From Protoeuglena noctilucae (Eukaryota): a stretch of DNA of 64,000 nucleotides. The stretch spans positions 496,001 through 560,000 of the forward strand of contig OY253674.1 of assembly GCA_958009085.1 (NCBI GenBank), written 5' to 3'. Shown piece by piece: positions 40,301-53,303 of this stretch (position 1 is the first letter of the stretch; each line of letters opens with the position of its first letter). Below the pieces are notes generated by a model, which searched no databases, was not told the DNA's origin, and saw nothing but the letters and a program-made list of their open reading frames with translations. The position numbers were made by a program, and so were the translations under genes.

Positions 40301-43300
40301 TGCTATTCTGACATTTCGTGTGGCAGCTCCCGTCACGCCCAGCGTGCAAAGTCGGTGCCGCCATCGGCGCATTGGCAGAGCTCGTACCCTGGCGTGTGGC
40401 TGCAGGGAGGCGGCGACGGAGCGGGGGACGGAGGCGGCAGCGCCCCGTGACGCTACGATGCAGGCGCAGGATCGCTTGGACAGCAAGGGCCGGAGCTCTG
40501 GGGGTGAGGAGGCGGGACCCAAGGGGACCGATACTCCGGAGACAAACGACAACACGGAGATCGCCCCAGCGACACCCGACCGTGACGCGAGGCCCGCGGG
40601 GCCGTCCGGTAGGGCGGAGGGCGGGGACAAGGCGTTTAGGGAGGGAGGCGAGGGTCGGTTGGCGAAGCAAGGCGTCAAGGTGAAGGTGGGCGGGGAGGGT
40701 GGGGTCGGGGCTGGGAAGGGAGAGGAGGGCGACGAGGACGGGGCGTCCGAAGCGGGGAGCGACCGGCTGCGGGCGTTCGGGAAGCGTGATGAGAAGGACG
40801 TGCTCGCGGTGTCCGGGGAGGAGCCCGTGGCGGTGAGTCGCGTTTCTGTCATGCCCGACTCGATGCTGACTCGATGCTGCAGAAATAGGAATCGTGGGCA
40901 AAAGCATCAATCGTTGGCGCTGGAGAGCGGCTTTATGAAGGGGCGGGGTTTTTTTGCCATTGCTTCAGCACTGGCAGCAGGAGCCGCTCGTCGCAGCCAC
41001 ATGCCAACCCCTGCCCATCCTCTCGGTCCCACCCGCAGGCCCGCGCCCGGCGGCAGCGCAAGATCCAGACGCTGCTGACGTGCCAGGGCCTTCTGCGGCC
41101 GCTGGTGCTCCTCCGGTACTCTCTGTGGGTCGTGGCGGCCATCACCCTGATCGTCCAGACGGTCCTGTTCGGGGTCATGCTGGGGTTTGTGTCTTCGCTG
41201 AGCAAGGTCTTCTCTGGAGTCGACAACTGCGATGTCCTCATCCAGAGGACCCTCGACATCGTCAGGTGCCTTTGCGGTCAAACCTGCACACCCGCCGCCT
41301 TCTGCCTGACGGCCTGGATGCTGCGCGCAGCACACGAGCGCTTGGCTTGTTTGTTTGACAAGCAAAGATTGGAATCACGTCCCATGCACTCCAGTTCGTC
41401 ACCCATTCACTCCCGCCTCTCCCGCAGCCACTCCTGGACGGCCTACAGCCTCACGGTGGACGTGGCGGTCCCAGGCGCCGACCTGGCCAGCGACCTGGCG
41501 ACGCTGAGTCAGGAGTCGGACGAGTTCCTGACCCGCCACAACGAGCTGATGGCCCTGATGAGTAGCTACTCGGGGTCGTGGTCGCAGCGGGCCAAGGTGA
41601 GCGAGACTGCTGCCTTGCACGCGGCACCTGATGCCGAGCTAGGTCTCTCATGGTGATGCGCCCAAGCTGCCATGCAATTGCCACGCGACACCGCTCCGTC
41701 TAAATCCCCCACAGGCGGTGCTGGAGGCACCCCTGACAATCTCGCAGCTGACGGCGAGCGACTGGGCCGCGGGCCAGATGCGCAACACGACCGACGTGCT
41801 GCGCAACGTGGGCACGACCTTCGCGGCCCAGTCCATGGCCGTCGCGCGCGTCACGCCCGCCGCCCTGGCCAACACGGAGCTCGCGCGCCTCAGCTCCTTC
41901 CGCTACGTGGTGGACAACGGGGTCGACCCCATCGCCACCCAGTACCTGCGCTCCCTCGACTTCCTCATGCAGCGCGTGGCCTTCGAGCTCCAGCGCATCG
42001 CCATCCTCGCCGTCGCATTCCTCATCATCCAGGTCGGTGCGCTGGTCCCCGTGGGGTCCATCTTCCTCCGCGTGCAGCTGCGGGGCGTGCTGGCCACGCG
42101 ACTGCGCCGGGCGGCCATCGTGGTCGCCGCACCCAAGGCGGTGCTGGGGGAGCTGGCGCGGCGCAAGGCCACCGTCCTCGACGAGGAGGAGTCCAAGGGA
42201 CCCGCGGGGCCGGGCGGGGAGGCAGCGGCGGCCGCGCAGCGCGGCGGGCGGGGGTTCGACATCCGCACGTTGCTGAGCCACAAGATGGACGCGACGCGCA
42301 TGGAAGGCGAGGATGCGCGTGGCGCTGTGGGGTAGCAGCTTGCGACAACGCCTACTGTGGTTGTATCTCACGGCCTGCCCTTTCCCGGACCCGCAGCGGC
42401 GCGCGAGCTGCTGGTGTCGCGCCGCATGCGCCAGAAGTCGCACACCCGCACCGAGTTCCGCCTCCTGGCTCCCTTCTTGCTCTGGGGCGCCGTGGTGCTC
42501 CTCTTCTACCTCCTGACCTTCTTCCTCGCCAACAAGCTGCGGACGCGGATGGTGGAGCCCCGGAGGGCCGTGGCGATCATGGGGTCCCTGTCGCGCCGCG
42601 CCCTCATCGACGCCTTGGAGTGGGTCGTGGAGACGCACCAGGTGGAGCAGAACGACCCCTACGTGAGCTCCGGGATCGACCTGCTCAGGCGAGTTGGGAA
42701 CGCCTGGCAGTGCGTGGCGCGTCACCGCTGTGTACCAAGCGTGGCATCACTGACCGATGTAAGAAAGCAACGTCAGTTCAAGTGAGACCTTGCTATGCTC
42801 GTGTCTCGCAGTGGGGACATGGCCAAGGCAGCCAACGACCTCGAGCAGGTCACCTGGAGCTTCGTGTGGAACAACGACAACCTCCTGGGCAAGTACAAGA
42901 TGATCCAGAAGCCGCCCACGGCCTTCAGCAGCAAGCAACTCGAGGACACATTCTTCGGCAACCCGTGCCTGAAGGCGAGGAGCCAGTGTGGTCGGGCCAG
43001 ACCGTGAAGGCAGCTGGCGTGCGAGGTTGGTGCAGGTCTAAAGCAAGGTCTCAAAATGCCGCCCCGCGCTCCGCCGCAGATGTCCGGCCAGTGCGCGGGC
43101 CCCAGCGACCCCGACTATGCATCTCTCGAGCGCGGGCTCTTTGCGCTGGGAGCTCGCTACGTCCAGGAGATTCGTCTCTTTGCCCAGGACCCCGCGGCGG
43201 AGATCAACGGCGCCAACTCGAGGCGAGAGATGCAGAAGCGACGATGTGCCTTGTGCAGAGTGACGATGTGCAGTAGCGCCGTAGCAGCGACGACCGGTAT

Positions 43301-44051
43301 CTGAGATAGATGGCGAAGGTATCCAGCGTCATCGCACGACACGTGATGAGCAATGTCGCCGTGTTTCGCAGGTACCAATTCATCGCCCAGCACGGCGCGG
43401 ATGAGATGGTGGTCGGCATCGACAAGGTGCGGCAGGAGATCACCAAGGACTCCTCGGTCGTCTCCATCATCTTGGACCTCCAGTGCGTCCTCCTGGTCAT
43501 CACCTACGCCCTCTGCGCCAGGTGACGCTTGCGACGCCACCACGCCATGCGCCCGCCACAAGCCATCGCTTGTTCCCTGCGCCCCTGCGCACTGGACACT
43601 CGACAGCGACTTTGGCGAACGCTACTGCTGCATCCGCACCGTGCCATGGCCCCCCGTCCTCCATCACTAGCATGAGGCTTGACGCCCCTCACCTTCGCGC
43701 CTCACCCTGACCCCTCCCCTACCCCGCCGCAGCTTCATCTTCGTCGTGCTTCGTCCCATCGTCGCGCTCCTGAACATGGAGGCCAAGAACCTGGCCGTCC
43801 TCATCGCTTTCCTCCCCAAGGAGCTCGGGGCCGAGGAGGCGGTCCTGAAGATGTGCACGGAGCTGGAGATGGGGAAGAGCGAGGAGGCGAGCCGCGCTCT
43901 GCTGGAGCTCGTGGGCATGGACACGACCGAGGCGGAGGGCGGCAAGGAGGGGGCCGAGGGGGCGGGGGCGCCGGTCCCGGCGAAGGGCACACCCGCCAAG
44001 GCGGCCTCTGGCAAGGGCATCGTGGGCAAGGCTTTGAGAGGGAAGAACTAG
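34343..44051 (+). CDS. Large multi-pass membrane protein with TPR-like region and PAS domains (TmcB/TmcC-like, FXL-like), copy 2
   Basis: Same domain order as copy 1: TM block, LDWASYVELQ, AEAAYRDLLKTHPDYPRLL, PAS DAVVVISTDGNIIFANRNLCEMFG|YATKELVGTNVANLMPAPYSNNHDRYM, more PAS repeats, C-terminal TM pairs ending LIAFLPKE. Confidence 0.85.
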
Positions 44052-44573
44052 CTGTTCTTCCTCATTCGACAGCACAGCCCGGTGGTATGCGCCACCGCAT
44101 CACATGACATCACCGCGTGACATGCTCTCTCCGCATGCGCAATACGAACCACTTTGTCTGGATATTCTCTGCTTTGGGTAATTGGGAAGGCATGCCTCGT
44201 CGGCATGCTGCACAGCGCAGGATCCAAGTCTGCGCTTTCCTTAGTCAGACGTTGCGAGCGCTGTGCCCGCCTAGCCATCCGCCTGGGTACTTGTTGCCGT
44301 GTCTGTTTCGGTGCCGGAGCGTGCGCGTGCCAACAGAGCCGGCCACACAACTCCTGCGCGCGCGAATCCGTTTCCTATTTGTCTCAGCTCCGTCAACGTT
44401 GCCTTCTCAGGAGCTGCCTTTCCCTTGACGTGACAAACCATGATTCCCTCTCCACCCAAATCACGCCAAACGCCGCGCGTGGCCCACCCTCTCAGCCGCG
44501 GGGGCGCTCGTAGCCGCGCGTTTGAAGATCGATGATTCACACCCAATGCAACGCCGCGTTACCCTGGAAAGGG

Positions 44574-46361
44574 TCACGCCACCCTGGAAAGCGGGTTCGG
44601 CACAATGGAAAGCGCCTGCCGCACCAACGAACCCAGCTGGCCCGCCCCGGCCGCGGCGCCAGGCGACCCCGCGGGACCTCTCAGAAGCGCCCAGGCGATG
44701 GCGAGGGCCAGCACTGTGCCCACCGCCACGCCTGCACCCGAGCCTGCGCCCGTCCCTAATCCCGACGCCTCGGCCCCGCCCCACCCCGGCACTGACCAAC
44801 CCAGCAGCGACCCCAGGAAAGCCAGCGCATCTCGCAGCGCCTTCCACACCGCTTTGACCGCCCTACTCCACCCACTCTGTGCCCCGCCCTGCTCCTCAGC
44901 GGCCGCCCCCGCTGGCGCAGTCCCGCCGCTCCCCGCGTCCCCAGGCCCTTTCCCGTTCCCCGCCCATCGCGACAAGGACTCGACAGGCTCGACGGCAGCG
45001 GAGCCCCCACCCCAGCGTGGGCGGCTCGACCGGCCTCCGCTGTCGCGTCGCCCGTGGCCTGCGCCCACGCCACGACCGCCCTCGCCACCACCGTCATCTT
45101 CGCGGCTCGCTCCCTCTGCCGGCCGGGCACCCGGCGTGTCGCTCTCATCCAGCAGCGACGACGCGAACCGCTCCTCCAGGTTGGTTGGTGTCGTTCCAGC
45201 CCAGGACCCCTCCACTCCACCGACGACGGTCGCGGGACTCGTCTCCAGTCCGATCCCGGACGCGCGGTGCCAGTCCCAACTCGTGTCGACCGCTGCATCG
45301 GCGGGTCGCGTGGCGCGCGCTGGGTCCAGTGTGCGCGGGCCAGGGGCGAGGGTAGCGCTGCTCGGGGCGGACTCCGGGGAGGTCAGCCGACGGAGCAGGG
45401 ACTGCGGCACGCGGCCCGAGTCGTCGTCGTCGCCCTGCGCCGGCGTGCCATCGAGCGTCGACGCTGGGCCGGCAGTGAGCGCCCTGCGAGCAGCGCCATG
45501 GCCAAGAGTTGGTTTCGGAATCACGCTTTGGCAAACAGGGTGCCAAACTCGAACTCGGACAGCCGAACTCGGACAGCCTGTTGATCGCCGGCGCGACAGC
45601 TCCCGCATCTGCACCCGGGAGGGTCACGTTGTGTTGAGCTTCCCAAGCGCCCACCTGTGCCGGCGGACCTCGGCCTGGAGCTCCTCAAAGACAGCACCAT
45701 CCACGCCGAGGGGATTCCGCGCCAGCCACTCCTCCGCAGCTGCGGCATCGCCCAAGGCGCGGCAAAGGAGGTCCACGGAAGCCAGCCGCGTGAGCGCAGC
45801 ACGCTGCTCGGGAAGCCATCCCGCGGGGCTGTGCGTCGCGACGTATTCGTCCACCAGCGCGAGAGCCTACGCGAACGATGATGTCAGAAGGCTCGCCACG
45901 CATCGAGTCCGCGCCCTTGGCCAACTGCACGGGCGCCCAACTCATCGACGCGCTCACCTGCTGCGGCAGACCCGCGTCAGCGTGAAAAGCGCACAGCATC
46001 AGAGCCGCCTCGGGCTCCAGCACGCCAATCGGCCCCCCGCACGCCCGCTCCAGAAGGGGCACGGCGTCCAGGAGTCGCCCCGACGCGTGGAGGGCCTGGA
46101 CCAGGCAGCAGGACGCGGCTGCGTCCAGGCCCGAGCCCGGAACATACTGGAGCTCACGAAGGATCTCTGTGAGCGTTGGAAGCCACCCCGGTCAGCCAAG
46201 CGCATTGCTGCAGCTCCGTGGAGACAAAGTCACGCGGCAGGGGATGGCCTGGATCCCAAATCACCTTCTGAACGGATGGCCGCGCCCTCAAACTTTCCCA
46301 GGACCAGGCACCGCTCGGCTTCGTCCAGCCGTTCGGAAATGTGAGCCAACTTCATCGACAT
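44574..46361 (-). CDS. APEM9/PEX26-like tail-anchored peroxisomal membrane protein
   Basis: MSMKLAHISERLDEAERCLVLGKFEGAA, CLVQALHASGRL, LLCRALGDAAAAEEWL, a C-terminal TM helix and the tail QALSIVPNPLS are colinear with Arabidopsis APEM9 as I recall it (ESYLVCSMYEEA, QSL..LGR, AFSYQVNPLA). Confidence 0.7.
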
Positions 46362-46696
46362 TCAGTGCACGGGCATTGCAATCCAAGGGAACGAAGGCGC
46401 ATGGGGTTATTTGCTGGCCAGAGATGTCGCCAGGCATTGGCGTGGCGACGCCGGACATGCGTGCTGAACAAACCGTGCCAGAGACCCCTGCGTGTCGGTC
46501 TCTGGCGCAGCACAGCGCGATTTAGGCCCTGACGCCGACACTCGGTGCTCCGGACGTCTTGGGGTGCTATGCTGGAGTAGGTATAGTCCTCATCGTCGGT
46601 CACCATCAGGCCAGCTTTCCAGTCAAGGTCCACCGCCTGGGTGGGCCGGGATAGTGATATTGGGACGGCACCGCCGCGCTTCTGGACCGCACATGC

Positions 46697-49600
46697 ATGG
46701 CTCGGCCCGAGACCGCGCTGTCGGACCTGCCGGCTGAACTTGTAGGGCGTGTTCTCAAGTACCTCGCGCCGGACGAGCAGGAGGCGGTCGCGTTGACATC
46801 GAAGGCGAGTCGGGATAATGATGGGCCGTCTCGCATGTTCATGAAGCCGCAATGCATTGCTCGAGCTCTGCCCAGGCGCCGCCTAGGCGAGAGCGGCACC
46901 CCCGCCGAGGCCGGACTCGGGGCGCCTGACCTCTCTGCCCTCCCAGCGGTCTCGCCATCGTCGGTGATGCAATGATAGCATAGCTCGCTGCCCTCTGCAG
47001 GCCGTGCTACTGCTGGTTTTGCGCGCGTCGGCGGCAGGCGCGAGCGTGGTTATAACGGCACCGCTGCTCGGAGCCGTCCGGGCGCTGGAAGATGCAGCAC
47101 TTGCAGGAAACCCTGCCAGTTGGTCGCACTTTTCGCTCGGATGCACCCTGCCGTCCTGGTCGTCGCACGGGGGCGCCCTCGGGCCCCTACTGGGCTCGGT
47201 CGTGACGATGAGGTGAAGCCGGGCCCGCGACGCCCACGCACGGCCGCTGAACATTCCATTCCGATAGCTCACAGGTCGTCTACGCTTTCGCAGCTGTGTT
47301 TCGTGTCTTCGATGCGCTCCAACTCCCTCCCCGTGGTGCGTGCAGACCGGGCCACTTTTTGCTGCTGGAGAGCCACATTTCGGCCATCGCCGCGTCCTGC
47401 CCGAATCTGACAGCCGTAGACTTTGCGGAAGTACCCATCACGGACCATCACATCACCTGGCTGGCCAGCGGGACCCGGTGCGTTGCCATGCGCTTTGGGG
47501 GCCCTCCATGCTATGTCTCGGACCAAGCGCGCAAAGCCGCCATCATCGCGGATTCGCAGGAACCGTCTGCTGAGTTTGAGGTCCTGCCGCGCCAAGCTTC
47601 TGGGCTCCGACACGTTCCTGGCCCTGTCGACGTGCGCCCAGCTGACGGCATTGGAGCTGCACGGCATCGACGCGGTGTCGATGGACGAGCTCCTGCCCCT
47701 GCGTTCCCTCCAGCGATTGCAGGCGAGACGCAGAATCAGTTGTGGCGATGCGCTGCTGCGCGCTTGCAGTGTGCGATGGTCACCGTGCCTGACCCATTAC
47801 GACGACGTCCTCCGCAGAAGCTCGTGCTTCTCGCGGACCCCGCCCTCTCCGCCTGGGTGCCCATGGAGCTGCAGCACACGGCCTTGCCTGCGCCCAAGTC
47901 CCCGCTGTTTGACGACCGCCTTTGCGACCTGGGCCCCGCTTGGCGACACATGACGTCGCTGCACGTCAACGAGGTCCACAAGGTGTGCTGCGAGGGGCCA
48001 CGGCCTCTGCTGCGCCGCTTACGGTTCGCGATGAGAGCGGGCCTCCATCTTGGTCAATCTTGCGTGCAGGTGCATCCGGACTCGATGGCGACGTTCCTAT
48101 CGCACCTGGTGAACCTCCGCGATCTGAGCCTGGTGGACGGAGACTGCTTCACGGACGTGGTGGCCGGCTCGGTGCTCCGCCACTGCACGCAGCTGGCGCG
48201 CCTGTGCATCGTCTCGCTGCAGCCGCTGCGGCTGACCCCAGCGGGGCTGGCGCAGCTGGGCCGCATGACAACTCTGACGCACCTGCAGCTGCAAGACATC
48301 AGCGAGTGCCAGGTGCGCGCCCACTTTGAGACAGACCCATGGACAGCCCATCCATGCCATGCCGACAGTCTCAGAGCGTTTCAAACATCCCGCCACCTTT
48401 TCCGTCCCTGCAGCCCTTCGACCTGGCTCAGGCGCTGGGTTCGCTTTCCCAACTCCGGTATCTAAACGTCTACCCTGTCAAGGCCGAGCCCCTCCAATCC
48501 CGCGTGTCCCTCGAGCAGTTCTTTGATGCACAGGAGCATATGGACATTAGGTGTGTGGGTGGTGTGTGCGGTTGACCAAGCACTGCCTTGGCAAAAAGCT
48601 TCCGCGATGCCCGTAGCTTCACCGGCACCTCGCCAGCGAGCAGCGACGCGCCTCATGCAACACGGGGCCATTCCGTCGCAGCCTGAACAGCATCGACCTG
48701 AACCGCGACTTGGGTCGCGATGCGGCGTCCTTCCTGACGCCCATCCACGCCCCGCCGTCCCCGGCCTTCTCCCGGTCTCGATCGGAGTTGCTTGCCGGTC
48801 GTCCCGCCGGTGCACCGCTGCTGGGGTCGAGCCCGCCGCCCCTCGCACCGCTGAGGGACCTGAGGAATCTCGAGGGCCTCCTCATCCGCCTGGCTGCCCA
48901 GAGCTCCTCTCTGGGGGAGGTGAGCAAGCAGGCGTGACGGGGGTGTAGCTGGTGTTCAAGGTGGTGCAGCGATCAGTGTGGTCCTTGCGCCCGCAGTCCT
49001 TCATGTCGCAGCACCGGCACCTGCCTCCCTTGGAGAGCTTCTCGTCCCTGCACTCCCTGCACCTCTCCCACTGGGGCTTACTGCTGCCCCAGGACGTCCT
49101 GCGCCTGGCGACACTGCCCCGCATCCGGCAGGTCGTCCTCCACTCGTGCATGCTCGACAACCTCTCCCTCGAGGCGCTCCGGTGAGCCCACGCCAGCTGC
49201 GGGCCGCGGCACGTGCGCTGCACCCACTTGCCTCTCGTTATGCGCACCCACCCGCGACACCCCCCGCCTTCTGTGCCCCCCCAGGTACGCCACCCTCTTG
49301 CAGGAGGTGCGGCTCTACATGCCCACGCAGCTCCCGGAGGTCGCGGCGGGGACGCCTTACTCCGAGCCACTCGTCTCGGGCCTGGCCGCCCTCGCCTCCC
49401 TGTCGCGCCTGTCCACCCTGTCCATCACTGGCAGCGAGCGCCTCACCGACGACAGCCTGGCGGCCGTGGCCAAGTCCACCGCCATCCGCGACCTCTCCAT
49501 CATCTCGTGCAACCACATCACGGCGGAGGGAGTGGCCCGAAGCATCATGCGAATGGTCCAGGCAACCTGCGAAGCTGTCGCACCCCATGGGAGCCCCTCG

Positions 49601-50694
49601 CTGCATGTTCGCCTACCCGCGCTTGCCTACCCGCGCTCACGTACCCGCCGCATCGTTCACCTTACTCTGACCCTCTCTCGCAGCTCGAGTCGCTGGCCAT
49701 GTCATCGTGCCGGGTCACGCACGGCGCCCTGCACCCCATCGGCCAGCTGTCGCGGCTGAGGCGCCTGGACATATCCCAGTGCCCGCTCCTGGGCGACCAG
49801 GCCATCGCGTGCCTGACCAACCCCACCACCGCGGCCACCCTGCGCCACCTGGACATCTCCTGGCTCAGCCTCACCGACGCGGCGCTGGGCCACGTGCGCG
49901 CCATCAACAGCCTGCAGTCCCTGCGTATGCGGCGCGCCCGGCAGGCCCAGGCGAGGCTCGCGTTGCGACAGTGAACGCCACGACTGTTTTCCGCCGGCTA
50001 TTGACCCATTCACCCATGTGTCTGGCTCTCTGTTCGATTGCCTGAAGCACCTCGCACCTCGCCCCCTCAGGTCACGTCGCAAGGTCTCATGAGGCTGGCG
50101 GGCATGTCCCTCCACTCCCTGGACCTCTCTGGCAACCGCAGCACGGTCACGGACGAAGTGCTCATCCACCTTAGCCCCACGCTCAGGCGAGAGAGGCGGC
50201 AGAGGGGCGGCTCGCTCAAGCTCTGCAGCTGCGCTCGCATTGTCAGTTGCCACCAAATGAACTGTCACCACGGCGCTAGGCCATGAGCTAAGCAGGAGCG
50301 CTGTGTGCCTCGATTCCTCCCCTGCAGGTCCTGCACGTCCCTCGACATCTCCGGCTGCGTCAAGGTCACGAGCCGTGGCTTGCAAGCCCTGCGCATGATG
50401 CGCAAGCTCTGCCAGCTGCACGGGCTGGCCACCCTGCCCAGGGAAGCCGTTCTGAAGGGCCTGCACCCGCCGGGTGAGTCTAACTGCTGACTCACAAGTG
50501 GGCGTTGCAAGTGGGCGGTTTGGGGATCCTTGCATGGGTCTGCTTGGCGCAAAGGGTTTGGGCCTTGGGTCCGCGTGGATGCATCCACGCCTGCGCTAGC
50601 TGTCGCATTCGCAGAAAAAGCGAAGAAGGCCGCGGGAGGCGAGTCTATGCAGCCCAACAAACGCTACCGGCCAAGCGCGACGGAGGAGGCATAG
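46697..50694 (+). CDS. F-box / leucine-rich-repeat protein
   Basis: N-terminal F-box LSDLPAELVGRVLKYL; many Cys-containing LRRs (LRRLDISQCPLLGDQAI, LRHLDISWLSLTDAAL, LDISGCVKVTSRGL); inferred last exon has an NLS-like KAKK...NKRYR. Confidence 0.88.
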
Positions 50695-51050
50695 GGAGTG
50701 GCCAAGTGTGATGGTGAAGGCGGACCCAGTGGCCAAGAGTGACGGAGGAAATGGAGGGTTTTTGAAGCACACCATGTTCGTTCCGGACGATAGTTCTCAA
50801 GGTTCTCTGGTTTTCAACGTTTCTGCCAGGCACGCTACCAATTGGCTCTGGTATTGGCCAATGTATCATTGTTCCGGTCTTTGGTCTCTGATGTTCTCAT
50901 ACAGCGGGTTTCATCCGTTGCACTGCTAGTTGTCCCATAGACAACGCCTGTAGCTGCTGAAAATGGGCACGAATGCACCACCTACTCCTTGCGACAGCTT
51001 CCCCTCTCAAAGGCAACAGCTGCGCCTCTCAAAAGCAACAGCTGCACCTT

Positions 51051-53303
51051 TTAGGACAGCAGCACTTCGCCCCGGCTGTAGCGGAGGAAGACGGCATTGC
51101 CCGCGACCATGAAAGCGGCGCTGATGCCAAAGGAGCAAGCCCATCCAAACCACATCCCCGCCCCGCCGCTGAGCTGCAGGAGCCACCCCGTCAGCGTCAC
51201 GCCCACGATGCCAGCGACGGTCCCGAACGTGTTGGACAGACCCGTCACGATGCTCGCGTGCTTGGGAGCGATGTCGAGGTGGTTGACTGCGGGAGCACGC
51301 ACAGCTTCCCCTATGCACCCATCACCATACCCGGACACCTCCACCTGGCTTACATTCCTAGAGAGCACATGCACACAACACGCCTGCCTCCACATGTCCG
51401 CCTGGCTGACTCATTCCATTCCAACAGCTGCGCAAGTCCCGCCGTGTGCCTTGCCTGAGAAGCCGGCGCGTGACAGGCCCTGGAAGAGGAAGGTGATGCC
51501 CGCCAGAGCAAGCCCGGACGCCCCGCTGCGGGACGTGGCCATCAGCACGACAGAGAGGCTGGCGCCGAGCATGCCCGCGGAGTTGAGTGCCTGGCGAGCG
51601 GCGGCCACTGGCCAATGGGCGGAATGCACCATACGGTCGCCCAGCCAGCCCCTGCGGAGCAAACAGCGCTGTCGAGGTCGGGCCGCTTGGGCGGCACGCG
51701 ATGTGCCCAGAGACACCTGTGATGCAGGCGCAGGGGCACGAGCCAGCGCCGGCGCAAACAGACAAGCGGCGGCCCCGTCTTGAGCGTCGCACTCTATGCC
51801 CTCGCTGGCTGCCTCTCACCCAAAGACGCTGCTGGCGAACATGAACAGATAAGGCAGGGCCTTCATGGCGCCCATGCTCTGGAGTGGGTAGTGAACCAAG
51901 TCAGGAAAGAAGGTGGGAATCCAATTCATGAGAAGGAAGAGGGTGTAGTGGAAAGTGAAGTTGTTGACGCAGATGGCCACTGCGAGCAGAAACAGAAACC
52001 AGGTCTGTCGTAAGCCTGCAAGAGGGGCCTTGACACGATGCCGGCCTGCGCTGAGTGCCTAGGGCGACTCACTGACAGGCGGCATCCGCAAAAGTCTCCA
52101 AGCGAAGGCCACGCGGCCCTGCAGCGTCTCTGCAGGGGCCGCGTCCTTCTTTGCGAGACCGCCGTTGGTTTCTGACACCCCGTTGGTATCAGGCACGTCC
52201 GGGTCATACCCCGCGCCCGTCGACCTCAGCCTCGCGTTCCCCAGGGCCGCGTCCCGGCCCCATCCGGCGCCGTTGCGGTTCGCGTGCGCAGAGTCGGCGT
52301 CTCCGGGGCCCCGCAGCGACGGCTCCCCGCCCACAGCAGACGTTGACGGGGCTCGGCCGGGCCTGGCGGTCCCACAAGCGGTGACGACCAGCCAAGCGAG
52401 CGTCCAGGCGATCCCCGCGGCGCCCACCCCTTTCGGAATGAGACGCGCGCCCTGCGAGGCCGCCACGCTCGGCAGCCACAGCATGGACAGGGCTGCGAGC
52501 ACAGTCGTGGTGGCGTCAAGGACCGCCATCGTTACCCGCGCCAGCTGCACAAGCCAGCGCATCTTGCCGACCAGCGGTCATGCCTCACGCGTCATGCAAT
52601 ACATGTATAGCGCCAATCGACGTGGATTGCGCCAGCCAGCCACGACTGCGCACCTGAGCCCAGGTACATGCCCGAGGTGGTCATGGACACCGCAGTGGAC
52701 CTCTCTGTGGGGCTGACCCATTGGGCCAAGTTGGCATGCACGCTGGGCACGACGAGGCCCTGGCTGACGCCGACCAAAACGCGGCCCAAGAGCAGGCCCG
52801 GGGTGACGGCACCCGACAGCGGCATGACGAGCGAGGCCGCCGACCAGCACAGGAAACTGGCAGCCTGCAAAGACAGACAACACCGCAGCGTTGCGTCGCT
52901 TCGGACAGACTGCGGCGCGCGTGCGGCACGGGATGCGGGCGCGGGTGTCTCACGAGGGTGGGCGCGCCCCCGTACTTGTGGGCGATGACCCCTCCTGGAA
53001 ACTGGGACACGGCATAGCCCCAGAAAAAGGAGCTCATGACATGGCCCCGTTCAGACTCACTGCGGGCGGCAGCGGCGGGTGTCGCGGCGCGGCTGGAGGC
53101 TGCTCGCTGCGGGCGCAGCGGGGGCATGCCTCGTCACACCTGGTCCCCGCTGCAGAGGCGATGGCCGTGTATGCGATAGAGAACCCTACCCTCTCCACGT
53201 AGCAGAGCAGCATCGCCAGGAAGCAGGCGAACACCACGAGCCTGGGCAGCGGGGGAGCTCCAGCGGATGGGCAGCAGTCGCAGCATGGTTTGGAGATGCC
53301 CAT
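51051..53303 (-). CDS. MFS anion:cation symporter (SLC17/PHT4 family), PHT4;6-like
   Basis: CYVERVGFSIAYT, SSFFWGYAVSQFPGG, RVLVGVSQG, ERSTAVSMTTSGMYLGS, LSRAGFS|VNHLDIAPKHASIVTGLSNTFGT. Confidence 0.9.

Noticed and set aside
10304..50694. Ubiquitin/N-degron cluster (NTAN1, UBP14, F-box)
   Set aside because: These are common gene classes, not adjacent, with no shared motif seen.
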